A stretch of DNA of 64,000 nucleotides from a virus (IMGVR_UViG_3300021426_000009:10121-74120); one strand, 5' to 3'. Counted from the stretch's first letter, positions 51,174 through 62,235 are shown. Notes: generated by a model from the sequence alone, not told the origin. Made by a program: numbers and translations.

Positions 51174-54100
51174 ATGGGAGTGCTTGAACTAAGGAGATTG
51201 GACGGAACGCTGCTCAGGAGCTTCAACGAGGTTCCCGAGGGTACTGTTGTTCACCGTGAGATAATGGGTGAGCACTACCTGAAGCTGCCCTTCACGACGA
51301 AGAGCCCGTTCTACCTGCGTATCGGTGACTATGTGAACACCGACTACGGCAAGTTCGAGCTGACGAAGCCATACAAGCCGAGATACAATACCCGTACCAG
51401 CGGCTATGACTATGACCTCCAGTTGGATGCGTACTACATGAAGTGGAAGAACAAGAAGGTACGCTACATGCCGGAGTACGGAGCCAAGGAGGTCACCTTC
51501 AAGCTGACGGCTAACATCGACACCCACCTGAACGTGGTGCTGAGGACGGTCAATGCCCTTGCCACGAAGGATGCGAACTTCAGGTACAACGGACGCAACT
51601 ATGACGTGCAGCTGCTGAACTTCCCTGCCGACAAGCGCACGACCGCCAAGTACTACCTGTACGACAGGACGGACATCATATCGGCCCTCGACGGACTGGC
51701 ACAGCTCTATGACTGCGAGTGGTGGGTAGAGGACAACATCATATTCTTCGGCAAGTGCGAGATAGGATCTGACAGCATTGAGTTCAACATCGACGTGAAT
51801 GTGGACGAAATGTCACGCTCGGAGTCCGACACGCAGTATGCCACGAGGCTCTATGCCTTCGGCTCGACACGAAACCTCCCACATAACTACGAGGACGTTG
51901 GTGCAGACGTGACGGTGGACGGAGTGGTTCAGAAGCGCCTCCCCCTGCCTGCCAGCCTGTGTCCCAACGGCTATCTGCAGGACGTGCAGGTGAGGAACGA
52001 GACGGAGGCCATCGAGGGTGTGCTGGTCAACGAGGACATCTATCCGAAGGTGGAATGCGTGGTCGGAGAGGTCACAACCTATGACTCTGAGGTCGAGGAG
52101 GATGACGGCACGACCACCAAGCAGACGTTCTACCGCCTGAAGGACTCGTCGGGCTTCCAGTTCAGCGAGGACATGATTCTCGAGGGCGAGAGCCTTCATA
52201 TACTCTTCCAGTCGGGAAGCATGAACGGCATGGACTTCGAGTGCCACTACGATAATGAGGGCAAGTACTACGAGGTCATCGTCAACGAGGACTACGGACG
52301 TATGCTGCCGGATGCCACCCTGCATCCAGAGGTGGGCATGAAGTTCGTGCTGTACAACTGGGATGCGACGAAGATCGAGAGCACGGGTATCATCGAGACT
52401 GCCAAGAGAAAGCTCTTCGACTACACGTTCGAGTACCTGAAGGAGTCGAAGATAGACCCGTCGACATACGACTGCACCATGAAGAGCGTATGGGTGTATA
52501 ACGACGGCCTTCACTTCAGGACGTTCGACATCGGCTCGAGGGTCAGGCTCGTCAACGATGCCTTCTTCGAGGAGTCACGCACGTCAAGGATAATAGGCTT
52601 CGAGATAAAGCTTGACAAGCCCTATGACACCCCGAAGTACACGGTCGGTGAGAAGGCTGCCTACTCACGTCGCAAGGACATGGAGAGGCAGATAGAGTCC
52701 GTGACGGTCAACGGCAATGCCTATGCGCCATACAGCGGCTCTGGCATCGGTGGCGGTGGCGGCACTGGAGGCGGAACCTCCATATACGTCATCAAGCGCT
52801 ACGACGGTGCCATCCCGTCCGACTACAACGTGTTCTCTGCCAAGCGTGCCCAGGATGAGTTCCTGAGCCGCAAGGACAATGACACGGCACTGGGACACAT
52901 CAACTTCAAGAAGGGCCTGACGGCAGAAATGCTCTCCAAGTTCATCGGAGGCGCATACTTCGGCACGTTCATAGAAGGCCTGAAGGGAGGAAAGATAGAC
53001 GAGAACGGTGACGCTGAGCTGAACAACCTCATCGTGCGCCTGAAGGCCGTCATCAACGAGCTGAAGGTGCAGGGCAGGTCGGAGTTCGGTGACTCGCTGA
53101 TGTCCGACGATTTCACGTCAGGCTTCATCGGAGGCAAGGGCTGGGCCATCATGAAGGAGAGGGTGCAGAACGCTCTGGGTGTCTATGAGAACAAGTACAC
53201 GGGCGAGTTCGACAACCTCGTGATACGTGGCGCACTGAGGATATTCACTCTTGTGGTGAGCCAGCTGCTGGGCGAGAACGACAACCGCATCTTCACGGCC
53301 ATGCTCGAGGTGCACCACTACGACCCGACAACGGGAAGGGTGTGGTTCGACACCCGCAACGGCAAGCTGTACAACCCCTTCCGTGTGGGTGACTACATCA
53401 TGGTGCAGCAGTACAACGGCATGCCGGACAGCTCCAATGAGTACTATGTGACGAAGCACTACGAGTGTGTGGTCACTGGAGCCGGACTCGGCAATATGTC
53501 GGACGGAGAGAACCGCCTTGACTGGGTGACCATCAAGAACTTCCTCTCTGCCGACGGCAAGCTGCCAAACGACGTCATCAAGAAGGGTGACACCTTCTGC
53601 CGTGTGGACAACGAGACGGACGCTGACCGCAAGGGTATCATCCAGATTATCACGGTTGGTGCGCAGACACCTTATATGGATATTCACTACGGACTGAAGA
53701 CAAGTCCGCAGGACGCTCATAAGGGACGTATCGGAAATCTGAAGGGCATCAACCACTATCTGTTCGGACAGCTGCAGGACTTCGGTGCCTATCTCATCAA
53801 CCTGTATGCGGTTGGTGACTTCCGTGTCAAGCGCACTGGCGAGAGCGTGGATGCTCAGATCGAGATGCTGAAGAACCAGTTCGCCACCCAGTTCCAGCAG
53901 ACGACATACGAAATGACGGAGGATGACAACTACCTGACGAACGCAAGCTTCACTCAGAATATGGAGGGGTGGACTACGCAGACGGACAAGACGACAATGC
54001 TGACGATTGACGGAACACCTCTCGTCATCAACGGAGCAACGTCCATCTACGGCATGAGCTTCGCAAGGATAGAGAACTACGAGGGCAGGAGGATGCTCCG

Positions 54101-57077
54101 TCTGAGGAAGACCCAGATAGAGCAGATAAACGGCCTTATCAGGAAGCCCTCGACACACAAGGAGTACGACACCCCGTCGGGTGAGACCACCGACACATAC
54201 AAGGAGGTACGTGACAAGCTGTACCTCTCCATCAGGTACTATGTGGTTGGTGACGGCAAGATGACCCTCGGCTTCAAGCAGAGCGCAGCGGACATCGCAG
54301 ACGAGCCGGCAGATGAGAGGGCCAAGTTCATGCCGTTCATGAACCAGCAGACCAAGCAGGTCACTGGCAAGTGGGTCACGGAGCAGTTCGAGGGCACATG
54401 GAACGGCAAGGGCACATTCGTCCTGTCGTTCACTGGCGAGCTGTTCGTCTCCATGCTCAGCGTGACAGACCATCCCCTCGACGAGTTCAAGAGGACTGTC
54501 AGCACGCAGATTATGCAGGACTCGGAGAACGTGAAGATTCTCGGCCAGAACATTTCGTTGAACGGAGCGGCCATCACGAACCTCGGCATAGAGCTGCGTG
54601 CGAAGGACCAGGAGATAGAGCTGTACATCAACAAGGAGATAGGCAACGTGACGAGCCTTATCAACACCGCCAACAAGGCCATCAGCGACCTCGAGGACGC
54701 TACGAACAAGCTCCGCAACCTCACGGACGAGGTCTTCAAGGACGGCATCGTGGACAATGCGGAGAGGATCGCCATCGAGAAATACCTGAACGACCTCGCT
54801 ACGGCCTACAGGCAGATGGAGGGCGCATACATCGACATGAAGGACAACGTGTACCTGAACAAGACGGAGAACGCTGGCAAGAAGACCAACCTCGTCAACG
54901 CATGGAAGAGCCTTGACACATACTATCAGACATTGGTGAACACCATCACGGCAGTCATTGCCGACGGGCTGGCCACCGATACGGAGATAGCGCAGGTCAA
55001 CACGGCCTTCACGAACTACAACTCTGCCGTGAAGACGTTCAACGTCCGGCTGAAGGAGGCTGAGGAGGCTATCGAGGACTGGATAAAGAACTATGTCGAT
55101 GCGGAGTCTGTCCGCCTCGGCTTGCTGATTGACGGTGTCAACGAACAGGTGACGATATATGCCAACAAGCTGACAACGGAATACTACACGGCAGCACAGA
55201 TTGACGTGAAGATAGGTGCCATCAACCTTGCGGTCACGCAGATGGATGCCGACTACCAGAAGAAGATCAGCGACATCAACGGTGACATTTCCGCAGCCCA
55301 GACGGCCATCACGAACCTGCAGGAGGCTACTGGAGACCTCAGCACGTATATCGACGGAGCCTTCTATGACGGCATCATTGAGAACGCAGAGAAGGTGGGC
55401 ATAGAGAAGTACCTCAATGACCTTGCGACAGCCTACAACCTGATGAATGCGACGTACTCTAAGATATACGACAATGAGTACCTGAAGAAGAACACTACGG
55501 GTACGAACACGGCAAGGAGCAACCTCGCAACGGCCAAGACGAACCTCGACACGTACTACAATGCGCTGAGGAACAAAATCAACTCGGTCATCGCTGACGG
55601 CAAGGTCACCACCTCGGAGAAGAACGAGGTGAACACGGCTTTCTCCAATTATAACTCTGCCGTGACCACGCTCAACCAGCGCTTCGAGGAGGCACAGAAA
55701 GCCATCGAGGACTGGATGAAGGACTATGTGGACTCGGAGAACGCTTCCCTGCAGGCCAAGGCGGAGCAGCTTGCAGCCGCTGCAGCCCTCGGAGAGTACT
55801 ACGAGCAGGGCAATAACCCATGGAACAGCTGGCCGTCAGGCTCGGAGATAAAGCATATCGGTGCCAAGTGGAAGGTGACCTCAGGCACGGCAAGCAGGAC
55901 GTACTACGAGTATGACGAGAGCGGCAACCTCACGAGGAAGACCGTGGAGACGGGCAAGCTGTACCGCTTCATCGGCAGTTCTTCGGGACAGAACGTGTGG
56001 GAGTCCATCGACGACATGCAGAAGTCCATCGCCTACCTCGCCATCAGGAAGGACTACATAGCAGCCGTGGCCGCCAACTTCGACACCAACGGCAACGTCC
56101 GCAGCAGCTCGAGCATCGTGACGAATGCCTGGAGCAATATCCTCGCAGTGAACGAGGGAGATCTGACGAGTAAGATTCAGCAGGTGGCAGGAGCCATCAC
56201 AATCTCTGCCGACAGGATTCACCTCGAGGGCTACGTGACGGCCAACTACGGCTTCTCGATAGACCGTTACGGCACGATGTCGTGCACCAATGCTAACGTC
56301 AGCGGAAAGGTCACGGCCACCAGCGGTTCGATAGGAGGCTTCACCATCAGCGGCAACGGCCTGACGAACACATCGGCCAACTCGAGCTTCGACAACGATG
56401 CGTACATCATCCTCAGGAACGACCAGAGGAAATGCTTCGTCGGCATAGGCCCTAACGTCACCCCTGCCTACAGCTCGCTGAGGGCACTGGGACGCTTTGA
56501 GATAGAGGACAGCTCGTCATGGTGGGGCGGCTACAACGCTGCACTGGTGCTCCATGCCAAGAACGGGGCTCAGAACAACTTCGCCTTCGTGGGAAGCGGC
56601 AACGGTGTGCTCAACGGATGGATAGCAGGATATATGTACAGCAGATATGTGTGCACGTCGAACAACACGATATACGACGGCTACATCACGCTGAAGGACA
56701 ACAACCAGTGGATCGTCCGCTCCAGCGCCTCGAACTCAGGAGTGGCACTCCCGAAGCTGACGGCAGTGAGGAACGCTCTGGGCATAGGTACGTCAACGAA
56801 GTTCTGTCTCAGGCTCCTCATCACGGCAGACCTCGGCACCAACGACTACTCGGTCTACGGCAGGAACGGCAAGCAGAGCTCCAGCGGCACGTACCCATGG
56901 AAGACCGACGAGCTTCCCCTGATAACGCACTGGGACGGAGGAAGGTGGGAGGATGTCGGAATGGCTGCCGGAGACACCATAGAGTTCCTGCTCGTCTACG
57001 ACCCTTCGAGGTCACAGAAGATAGACGACTTCACGACGTACTACACAGCGAGAATCATCAATTTACAGAATAGCTAA
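51174..57077 (+). CDS. Baseplate hub / large tail protein with internal duplication
   Basis: 1967 aa; ATRLYAFGSTRNLP hub motif; SDYNVFSAKR ... FLSRK.ND.A.G.I.F motif; two ~150-aa repeats. Confidence 0.88.
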   Translation: MGVLELRRLDGTLLRSFNEVPEGTVVHREIMGEHYLKLPFTTKSPFYLRIGDYVNTDYGKFELTKPYKPRYNTRTSGYDYDLQLDAYYMKWKNKKVRYMPEYGAKEVTFKLTANIDTHLNVVLRTVNALATKDANFRYNGRNYDVQLLNFPADKRTTAKYYLYDRTDIISALDGLAQLYDCEWWVEDNIIFFGKCEIGSDSIEFNIDVNVDEMSRSESDTQYATRLYAFGSTRNLPHNYEDVGADVTVDGVVQKRLPLPASLCPNGYLQDVQVRNETEAIEGVLVNEDIYPKVECVVGEVTTYDSEVEEDDGTTTKQTFYRLKDSSGFQFSEDMILEGESLHILFQSGSMNGMDFECHYDNEGKYYEVIVNEDYGRMLPDATLHPEVGMKFVLYNWDATKIESTGIIETAKRKLFDYTFEYLKESKIDPSTYDCTMKSVWVYNDGLHFRTFDIGSRVRLVNDAFFEESRTSRIIGFEIKLDKPYDTPKYTVGEKAAYSRRKDMERQIESVTVNGNAYAPYSGSGIGGGGGTGGGTSIYVIKRYDGAIPSDYNVFSAKRAQDEFLSRKDNDTALGHINFKKGLTAEMLSKFIGGAYFGTFIEGLKGGKIDENGDAELNNLIVRLKAVINELKVQGRSEFGDSLMSDDFTSGFIGGKGWAIMKERVQNALGVYENKYTGEFDNLVIRGALRIFTLVVSQLLGENDNRIFTAMLEVHHYDPTTGRVWFDTRNGKLYNPFRVGDYIMVQQYNGMPDSSNEYYVTKHYECVVTGAGLGNMSDGENRLDWVTIKNFLSADGKLPNDVIKKGDTFCRVDNETDADRKGIIQIITVGAQTPYMDIHYGLKTSPQDAHKGRIGNLKGINHYLFGQLQDFGAYLINLYAVGDFRVKRTGESVDAQIEMLKNQFATQFQQTTYEMTEDDNYLTNASFTQNMEGWTTQTDKTTMLTIDGTPLVINGATSIYGMSFARIENYEGRRMLRLRKTQIEQINGLIRKPSTHKEYDTPSGETTDTYKEVRDKLYLSIRYYVVGDGKMTLGFKQSAADIADEPADERAKFMPFMNQQTKQVTGKWVTEQFEGTWNGKGTFVLSFTGELFVSMLSVTDHPLDEFKRTVSTQIMQDSENVKILGQNISLNGAAITNLGIELRAKDQEIELYINKEIGNVTSLINTANKAISDLEDATNKLRNLTDEVFKDGIVDNAERIAIEKYLNDLATAYRQMEGAYIDMKDNVYLNKTENAGKKTNLVNAWKSLDTYYQTLVNTITAVIADGLATDTEIAQVNTAFTNYNSAVKTFNVRLKEAEEAIEDWIKNYVDAESVRLGLLIDGVNEQVTIYANKLTTEYYTAAQIDVKIGAINLAVTQMDADYQKKISDINGDISAAQTAITNLQEATGDLSTYIDGAFYDGIIENAEKVGIEKYLNDLATAYNLMNATYSKIYDNEYLKKNTTGTNTARSNLATAKTNLDTYYNALRNKINSVIADGKVTTSEKNEVNTAFSNYNSAVTTLNQRFEEAQKAIEDWMKDYVDSENASLQAKAEQLAAAAALGEYYEQGNNPWNSWPSGSEIKHIGAKWKVTSGTASRTYYEYDESGNLTRKTVETGKLYRFIGSSSGQNVWESIDDMQKSIAYLAIRKDYIAAVAANFDTNGNVRSSSSIVTNAWSNILAVNEGDLTSKIQQVAGAITISADRIHLEGYVTANYGFSIDRYGTMSCTNANVSGKVTATSGSIGGFTISGNGLTNTSANSSFDNDAYIILRNDQRKCFVGIGPNVTPAYSSLRALGRFEIEDSSSWWGGYNAALVLHAKNGAQNNFAFVGSGNGVLNGWIAGYMYSRYVCTSNNTIYDGYITLKDNNQWIVRSSASNSGVALPKLTAVRNALGIGTSTKFCLRLLITADLGTNDYSVYGRNGKQSSSGTYPWKTDELPLITHWDGGRWEDVGMAAGDTIEFLLVYDPSRSQKIDDFTTYYTARIINLQNS

Positions 57078-57089
57078 GATAAAAGAGTT

Positions 57090-57395
57090 ATGGAAACAAG
57101 AAAGTACAATTTCGACAGGCCGTTCGTAGGACTCGACGGCAAACCTCTCCTCATGAATGGAGAGGCAGTCATCATGAGTGAGCGTCTGGGATTCATCCTG
57201 TTCAACCTGTCATCGATGAACAACCAGCTGATTTCACAAGAGAAGAAGTATCAGGCCTACAAGCTGATGCGTAAGATACAGGCCGGCGGAGAGATCGAGC
57301 TGTCTCAGGACGAGAAGGAAATCATCAAGGACGCTGCATCGGATGCGTTCTCCGTTGGCGCCTATGGTCAGATAATTGATATTCTCGGTGAGTAA
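57090..57395 (+). CDS. Hypothetical tail-region protein
   Basis: ORF track. Confidence 0.65.
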   Translation: METRKYNFDRPFVGLDGKPLLMNGEAVIMSERLGFILFNLSSMNNQLISQEKKYQAYKLMRKIQAGGEIELSQDEKEIIKDAASDAFSVGAYGQIIDILGE

Positions 57396-57432
57396 TCACC
57401 ATAGTTATTAACAATTTAAAGCGTTTTAGATT

Positions 57433-57711
57433 ATGCGAGAAATTACGAACAATTCGACACAGACCTTTGAGCCTGAGGTTATCAGCGACTCCTGCAAGGT
57501 CGAGTTCACTAAGGTGACTAATGCCGCTGGTGTTACCATCAACGGAAAGATTCTGAAGGACGGAGTCCAGTCGGGCAATATCTCGATGGATGCCGACTCT
57601 TTCTTGGTAGTGTCCCTGAAGCCACGCAATGCCTTCACCGCTGACGAGGTGGCCGCAATCTTCACCAACACGCCTGGCTATATTGCCGAGCTTACTGGAG
57701 AGTCTGAATAA
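57433..57711 (+). CDS. Hypothetical tail-region protein
   Basis: ORF track. Confidence 0.65.
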   Translation: MREITNNSTQTFEPEVISDSCKVEFTKVTNAAGVTINGKILKDGVQSGNISMDADSFLVVSLKPRNAFTADEVAAIFTNTPGYIAELTGESE

Positions 57712-57723
57712 TACTGAAAGGCT

Positions 57724-58902
57724 ATGGGAGCAATACAGACTAACCAGAGGGAGAACGAGGCTCTGTTCGCAGGCATCCTGCCGGAGTTCTTCGACTACGT
57801 GAAGCGGAACAGCGACGAGGTGAACACCATCGAGATCGCCCGTTCCCTTGACGGCATCTACTCCCTGCCTGCATACTACCAGTCTGGTGGTGTGGAGAAG
57901 ATTGTACTTGCCCCTCTCTCCCTACTCACGAAGAACATTGACGCACTCATTGCGGACTGCAGGGCAGCGACCACCAGTGCCAACACGGCTGCTGCCGCTG
58001 CGGATGCCGCTGCTGCGAGAATCACCACCGCCATTCAGGAGCTGACGGCCCTCCATGACGATGTCGTGGCGCAGACACAGCTCTGCAGCGACGTCACGGA
58101 TGCGGCCAACGAGGCCAAGGAGAGGTGTGATGCAGCCTACACCCAGAGCGTCAATGCGACAGCCGCCTGTCAGGCAGCCACGGCAGACTGCTCGGCCATG
58201 ACAACGGCCTGCACCGTCGTCTACCAGCAGTGCAATGCTTCCAAGGAGGCCTGTGACAAGGCCGCTGCGGACACTCAGGCAGCCATCGAGGAGGCCTATG
58301 CAGCCGCACAGTCCGTCACGGATGCCATCCTTGACATCGCAACGGAGAAGGAACTGGCCATCGCTGCAGCCGCCAATGCGAATACCGCTGCCGACAATGC
58401 CAACGCATCACGTCAGAGGTTGGAGGCCAACGAGCAGACGAGGCAGAACAACGAGCTGGAACGTATCTCCAAGGAGAACGAGAGGCTGGCCTCGGAGGTC
58501 GCACGTATATCCAAGGAGAATGAGCGTCAGGCTGCTGAGCTTGTGCGTATCTCCTCGGAGAACACACGTCTGTCGAACGAGCGGACAAGGCAGTCGAACG
58601 AGTCCACAAGGCAGGCCAACGAGTCGCAGCGCCAGGCCGGAGAGCTTGAGCGTCAGGCCAACGAGGAGGTCCGCAAGAACGGCACGTTCCGCCAGAACGT
58701 CGACACGGGTATGTGGGAGAGGCTTGACCAGCACACTGGCCAATGGGAGAGCACGGGCAACTACTGGCTTGGTGGCCTGATAGCCTACCGCTTCTATACC
58801 AACCCGAAGACAGGCCGAATCCATGTGGTGAAGAACAATACCGACAGGGTGAACTTCTCTCTCGTGAACGGCAGGCTGAAGGGTTCTTATGTAGGTTCAT
58901 AA
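57724..58902 (+). CDS. Tail fibre-like coiled-coil protein with Ala-rich and 14-residue repeats
   Basis: ERISKENERLASE/VARISKENERQAAE/... repeats; AANA motifs. Confidence 0.7.
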   Translation: MGAIQTNQRENEALFAGILPEFFDYVKRNSDEVNTIEIARSLDGIYSLPAYYQSGGVEKIVLAPLSLLTKNIDALIADCRAATTSANTAAAAADAAAARITTAIQELTALHDDVVAQTQLCSDVTDAANEAKERCDAAYTQSVNATAACQAATADCSAMTTACTVVYQQCNASKEACDKAAADTQAAIEEAYAAAQSVTDAILDIATEKELAIAAAANANTAADNANASRQRLEANEQTRQNNELERISKENERLASEVARISKENERQAAELVRISSENTRLSNERTRQSNESTRQANESQRQAGELERQANEEVRKNGTFRQNVDTGMWERLDQHTGQWESTGNYWLGGLIAYRFYTNPKTGRIHVVKNNTDRVNFSLVNGRLKGSYVGS

Positions 58903-58914
58903 AAGTAACAGACT

Positions 58915-59796
58915 ATGGATATTGATTTCGGACAGATATTGCCAAACCCGACCGATGCCACCTATAGCGCATCGATGACGTACTCGGCCATGCAGACCTG
59001 CATCGACCAGTACAAGTCCGAGTGGCTGTCGCTGGTTGACAATAACAGGAACCATCCCCTGCCGGGCTATAACGTGGACGGCTCTGCGAAGGTCTCCGAC
59101 TACTGGAGGTGCATCGTCAACGTGTACCGCACTGGGGCAGCTGCCAACAATGCGGACGCTAAGGCTGCACTGGCACAGGAGAAGGCAGACCTTGCCAACC
59201 AGAGGGCTCAGGAGGCACAGGAGGCCGCAAGCCTTGCCGAGCAGAAGGCCGCAAAGGCCGAGCAGGCTGCCAACGACAGCACTCAGAAGACCACCGAGGC
59301 AGGCAGGGTGAACGCTACGCTCGAAGGCAACACCCTCACCATCACCGACCGCCTCGGCTCGTCCAAGACCATCAACGTCAAGGGTGAGAAGGGTGAGAAG
59401 GGCGACGGCCTGAACTACTCGTCGATGACTCCTTCGGAGAAGGATGAGCTGGAACAGGGTATCGCAGAGCAGATATCGCAGCAGGGCGGCTATGCCATCA
59501 TCCCTGTAGACGAGTCATCTATCTCTCCGACGGCCACGTACCCGATGAACTCGGTGCTCGTCCTCGACGGTGTCATCTACAAGGCGAAAAAGGACACTCA
59601 GAACCTCCCCTTCCCGATGGTCGTGGAGGACGGCAGGATTCTGACGGTGACTCTCTATGGAAAGACCGTGCTGGTCAGGGCTTCCAACGTGAAGTCCGCA
59701 GACTGGGACGTCTGGCTCGACGCATCGAACGACTTGCGCTTCAGACAGCTGGAGGACAGGGTCGCAAGACTTGAAACCATCATAAGCAGACTGTAG
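58915..59796 (+). CDS. Tail fibre-like protein
   Basis: Ala-rich coiled coil and collagen-like KGEKGEKGDG; C-terminal domain paralogous to 62236..62796. Confidence 0.7.
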   Translation: MDIDFGQILPNPTDATYSASMTYSAMQTCIDQYKSEWLSLVDNNRNHPLPGYNVDGSAKVSDYWRCIVNVYRTGAAANNADAKAALAQEKADLANQRAQEAQEAASLAEQKAAKAEQAANDSTQKTTEAGRVNATLEGNTLTITDRLGSSKTINVKGEKGEKGDGLNYSSMTPSEKDELEQGIAEQISQQGGYAIIPVDESSISPTATYPMNSVLVLDGVIYKAKKDTQNLPFPMVVEDGRILTVTLYGKTVLVRASNVKSADWDVWLDASNDLRFRQLEDRVARLETIISRL

Positions 59797-59798
59797 AC

Positions 59799-60020
59799 AT
59801 GAAAAAGAAAGACGTGTTCATCAGGGTCAGGAAGGTAGCCCCCAAGCGCTATCAGATAGAGCAGAAGCGGAAGTTCCTGTTCTTCTGGGAGTTCTGGCAG
59901 AAGGGCTGTCCCTCTCTCGGGCTGAAGAAGTTCTACTCGAGCAAGCTGACCGCCAAGACGGCTGTCTATACACATGCCGAGAAGCATAACAGGAGGCCGG
60001 TGCTGATATTTGTAAATTAG
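59799..60020 (+). CDS. Small basic hypothetical protein
   Basis: ORF track. Confidence 0.55.
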   Translation: MKKKDVFIRVRKVAPKRYQIEQKRKFLFFWEFWQKGCPSLGLKKFYSSKLTAKTAVYTHAEKHNRRPVLIFVN

Positions 60021-60033
60021 AAGGAGAACGATT

Positions 60034-60510
60034 ATGGAAATCTACAACGGAATGCTCGAGAACGTCCGCAGGCGCTACGACTCACTGGCTCACTTCGTGG
60101 GCGAGAACAAGGTTCACCTGCCAGGAGACGTGCTCTGTGTGTCCACAAAGAACAACAACGTCTATGACATGTTCATCGTCGCTGACGGCATACATACGTT
60201 CCTGCAGCTCTACAAGATGAAGAAGGAAGGCAAGGAGCCATCTGGCGATGGCGGCGGCAATATCCCGTCGGAAGGCAACCATGACGGAGCCGTGAACACC
60301 TTCTCGGAGATTGTGGATCTGCTGCAGGGACTGCCCGAGGGCTCGAATCTGAAGGCCATCCTCGACAACATCAACACCGAGGCTCTGACACAGGAGGAGA
60401 AGCAGGCGCTCGAAGACCTCATCAACGGCCCGGAGATTACCGAGGAGGAGCTTCAGGACGACTGGGAGGATGCCATGCGCAATGCCATGGACGAAAAAGA
60501 AGGAGAGTGA
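60034..60510 (+). CDS. Hypothetical tail-region protein
   Basis: AVNTFSEIVDLL motif. Confidence 0.65.
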   Translation: MEIYNGMLENVRRRYDSLAHFVGENKVHLPGDVLCVSTKNNNVYDMFIVADGIHTFLQLYKMKKEGKEPSGDGGGNIPSEGNHDGAVNTFSEIVDLLQGLPEGSNLKAILDNINTEALTQEEKQALEDLINGPEITEEELQDDWEDAMRNAMDEKEGE

Positions 60511-60546
60511 CAACTCACCATAGTATTAACGAAAAAGAGAAAAGTT

Positions 60547-61266
60547 ATGAAAAGACTGATTTTTGAAAGCCTGGCGATTATCGCCCTCATAGGCTTCAGC
60601 AGCTGCAACGGCTGCAAGGGGGAAACCCCGAAGATTGATGACCCCGTGGTGGCTTACCACGATTACGACGGGGTGGTGCAGGACTTCACGGCTGGAGTAT
60701 CGCACATTCAGGCTTTGCACAGGCAGACGATGTACGGTCTGATTCAGCATCTGCAGGACGAGGGGCACACGATTGCCCTGAACGGCAAGTACCAGTGGCG
60801 CAACAGCCGTGTGATACTGAACGACACGGTGACCGCTGAGAATATCGACGACCTGCATGTGGTGGCTGTGAACGATGTGTTTTTCTATTGGGACAGCCAG
60901 AAGGGACCGATGGTGCAGTACATCAACTCGCATGTGAAGTACGGTGTGCAGATTCCATACCCCATTAACGACGTATGGATTGAGGATGCCGACATGAGCG
61001 AACAGCCTATTAAGATTTCTGCCGAGCAGGCGCTGATGAGACTGAAGGAATGGAACGGCATACTGCCCAAGGACTGCAACTTCATCACGCTACGCTATCC
61101 CGTAGGCCCAAAGGACTGCAACGTGCAGTGGGTGTTCGGCGATGTGTACGACGTGCTTTTTATAGACGCTGTGACGGGCGAGATCAGAGATTACGACCCT
61201 GCCTTCAGCGCGAACGACAAGCCAAAGGGAGGCGATATAGAAAAGCCCCTCGGAGAATGGCCCTGA
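60547..61266 (+). CDS. Lipoprotein with PepSY-like C-terminal motif
   Basis: Lipobox IGFSS-C; ISAEQAL ... LFIDAVTGEI. Confidence 0.72.
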   Translation: MKRLIFESLAIIALIGFSSCNGCKGETPKIDDPVVAYHDYDGVVQDFTAGVSHIQALHRQTMYGLIQHLQDEGHTIALNGKYQWRNSRVILNDTVTAENIDDLHVVAVNDVFFYWDSQKGPMVQYINSHVKYGVQIPYPINDVWIEDADMSEQPIKISAEQALMRLKEWNGILPKDCNFITLRYPVGPKDCNVQWVFGDVYDVLFIDAVTGEIRDYDPAFSANDKPKGGDIEKPLGEWP

Positions 61267-61340
61267 TTGAATGAGCAAGGCAGCAATGCCTCTCAGATAT
61301 AGTTCACTTTATTTATTAACATTTTTAAAATTCAAGTATT

Positions 61341-62147
61341 ATGGATTTCAAAAAAATCGTAACCAAGGTTCGCCTCCAGTTTGTGCTGAACCTCATCGCA
61401 GCTACTATCGTAGCAAGTCTTAACTCTGCAAAGGCCTAAGCTGACGGCTTGAAGGAAGCCCTCACGGCTGGCGACATTGCGTTCACTCACGCTTCGTTCG
61501 CCCAGACAACAGCCAACGTTGAGGATGCCCTCATCGAGCTGGCCGGCAAGGCAGCCAACGACGCTGTCTCCTTCGAGGTTCTGCAGAGCCCGAACACTGG
61601 CAAGCTGAAGACCTACCGCTTCACAAAGGGTACAGGTGCAACAGCCACTACCATGGACATCGACATCGAGAAGGACCTGCTGAACGGTACGTTTAGCCTT
61701 GTAACCATCACCGAGAACGACGGCCACTACTATGACGGCCAGACCGAGGTGACTGCCGCTCAGGGTGTCACTGGTGCCGGTGTGTACATGAAGTACAACT
61801 CGAATGCCGCAGGTGAGGCCGAGACCTTCAGTTATGCCGACATGAGCCGCTGTATCGAGTACCTGACCGTTGGCGATCAGACTGGCAAGGTCGTTACCCT
61901 GTCCATCGACCCACAGACCCACACCATCACAGCCGACATCGCTGACAAGGCTGTTACAAAGGCAAAGCTGGAGCAGAGCGTACAGGATTCACTCGACCAC
62001 GCTGATACTGCTTTCGGTTGGGGTGACCACTCTAAGGCCGGCTACAGCGTACCTGCTGACTTCGACGAGATTACCGAGGCTGAGTGCACCCAGGCATGGG
62101 AGGCTGCCGTAGCTGCTGCCGAGACTCCTGCCAACAGCGGAGAGTAA
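61341..62147 (+). pseudogene. Tail-region gene interrupted by a single in-frame TAA (61437-61439)
   Basis: MDFKKIVTKV...LNSAKA*ADGLKEALTAG continues in frame into ORF 61449..62147. Confidence 0.7.
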
Positions 62148-62155
62148 ACGTTAAA

Positions 62156-62209
62156 GGCTGGAGGGGCATGAACTGAATGTTATCCTGTCTCTTGACTGCC
62201 CCTCCAGTC
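62156..62209 (+). other. 13-bp-stem intergenic hairpin
   Basis: GGCTGGAGGGGCA ... TGCCCCTCCAGTC. Confidence 0.5.
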
Positions 62210-62235
62210 AGTTTCAAACCTCAAAACATCGCATT

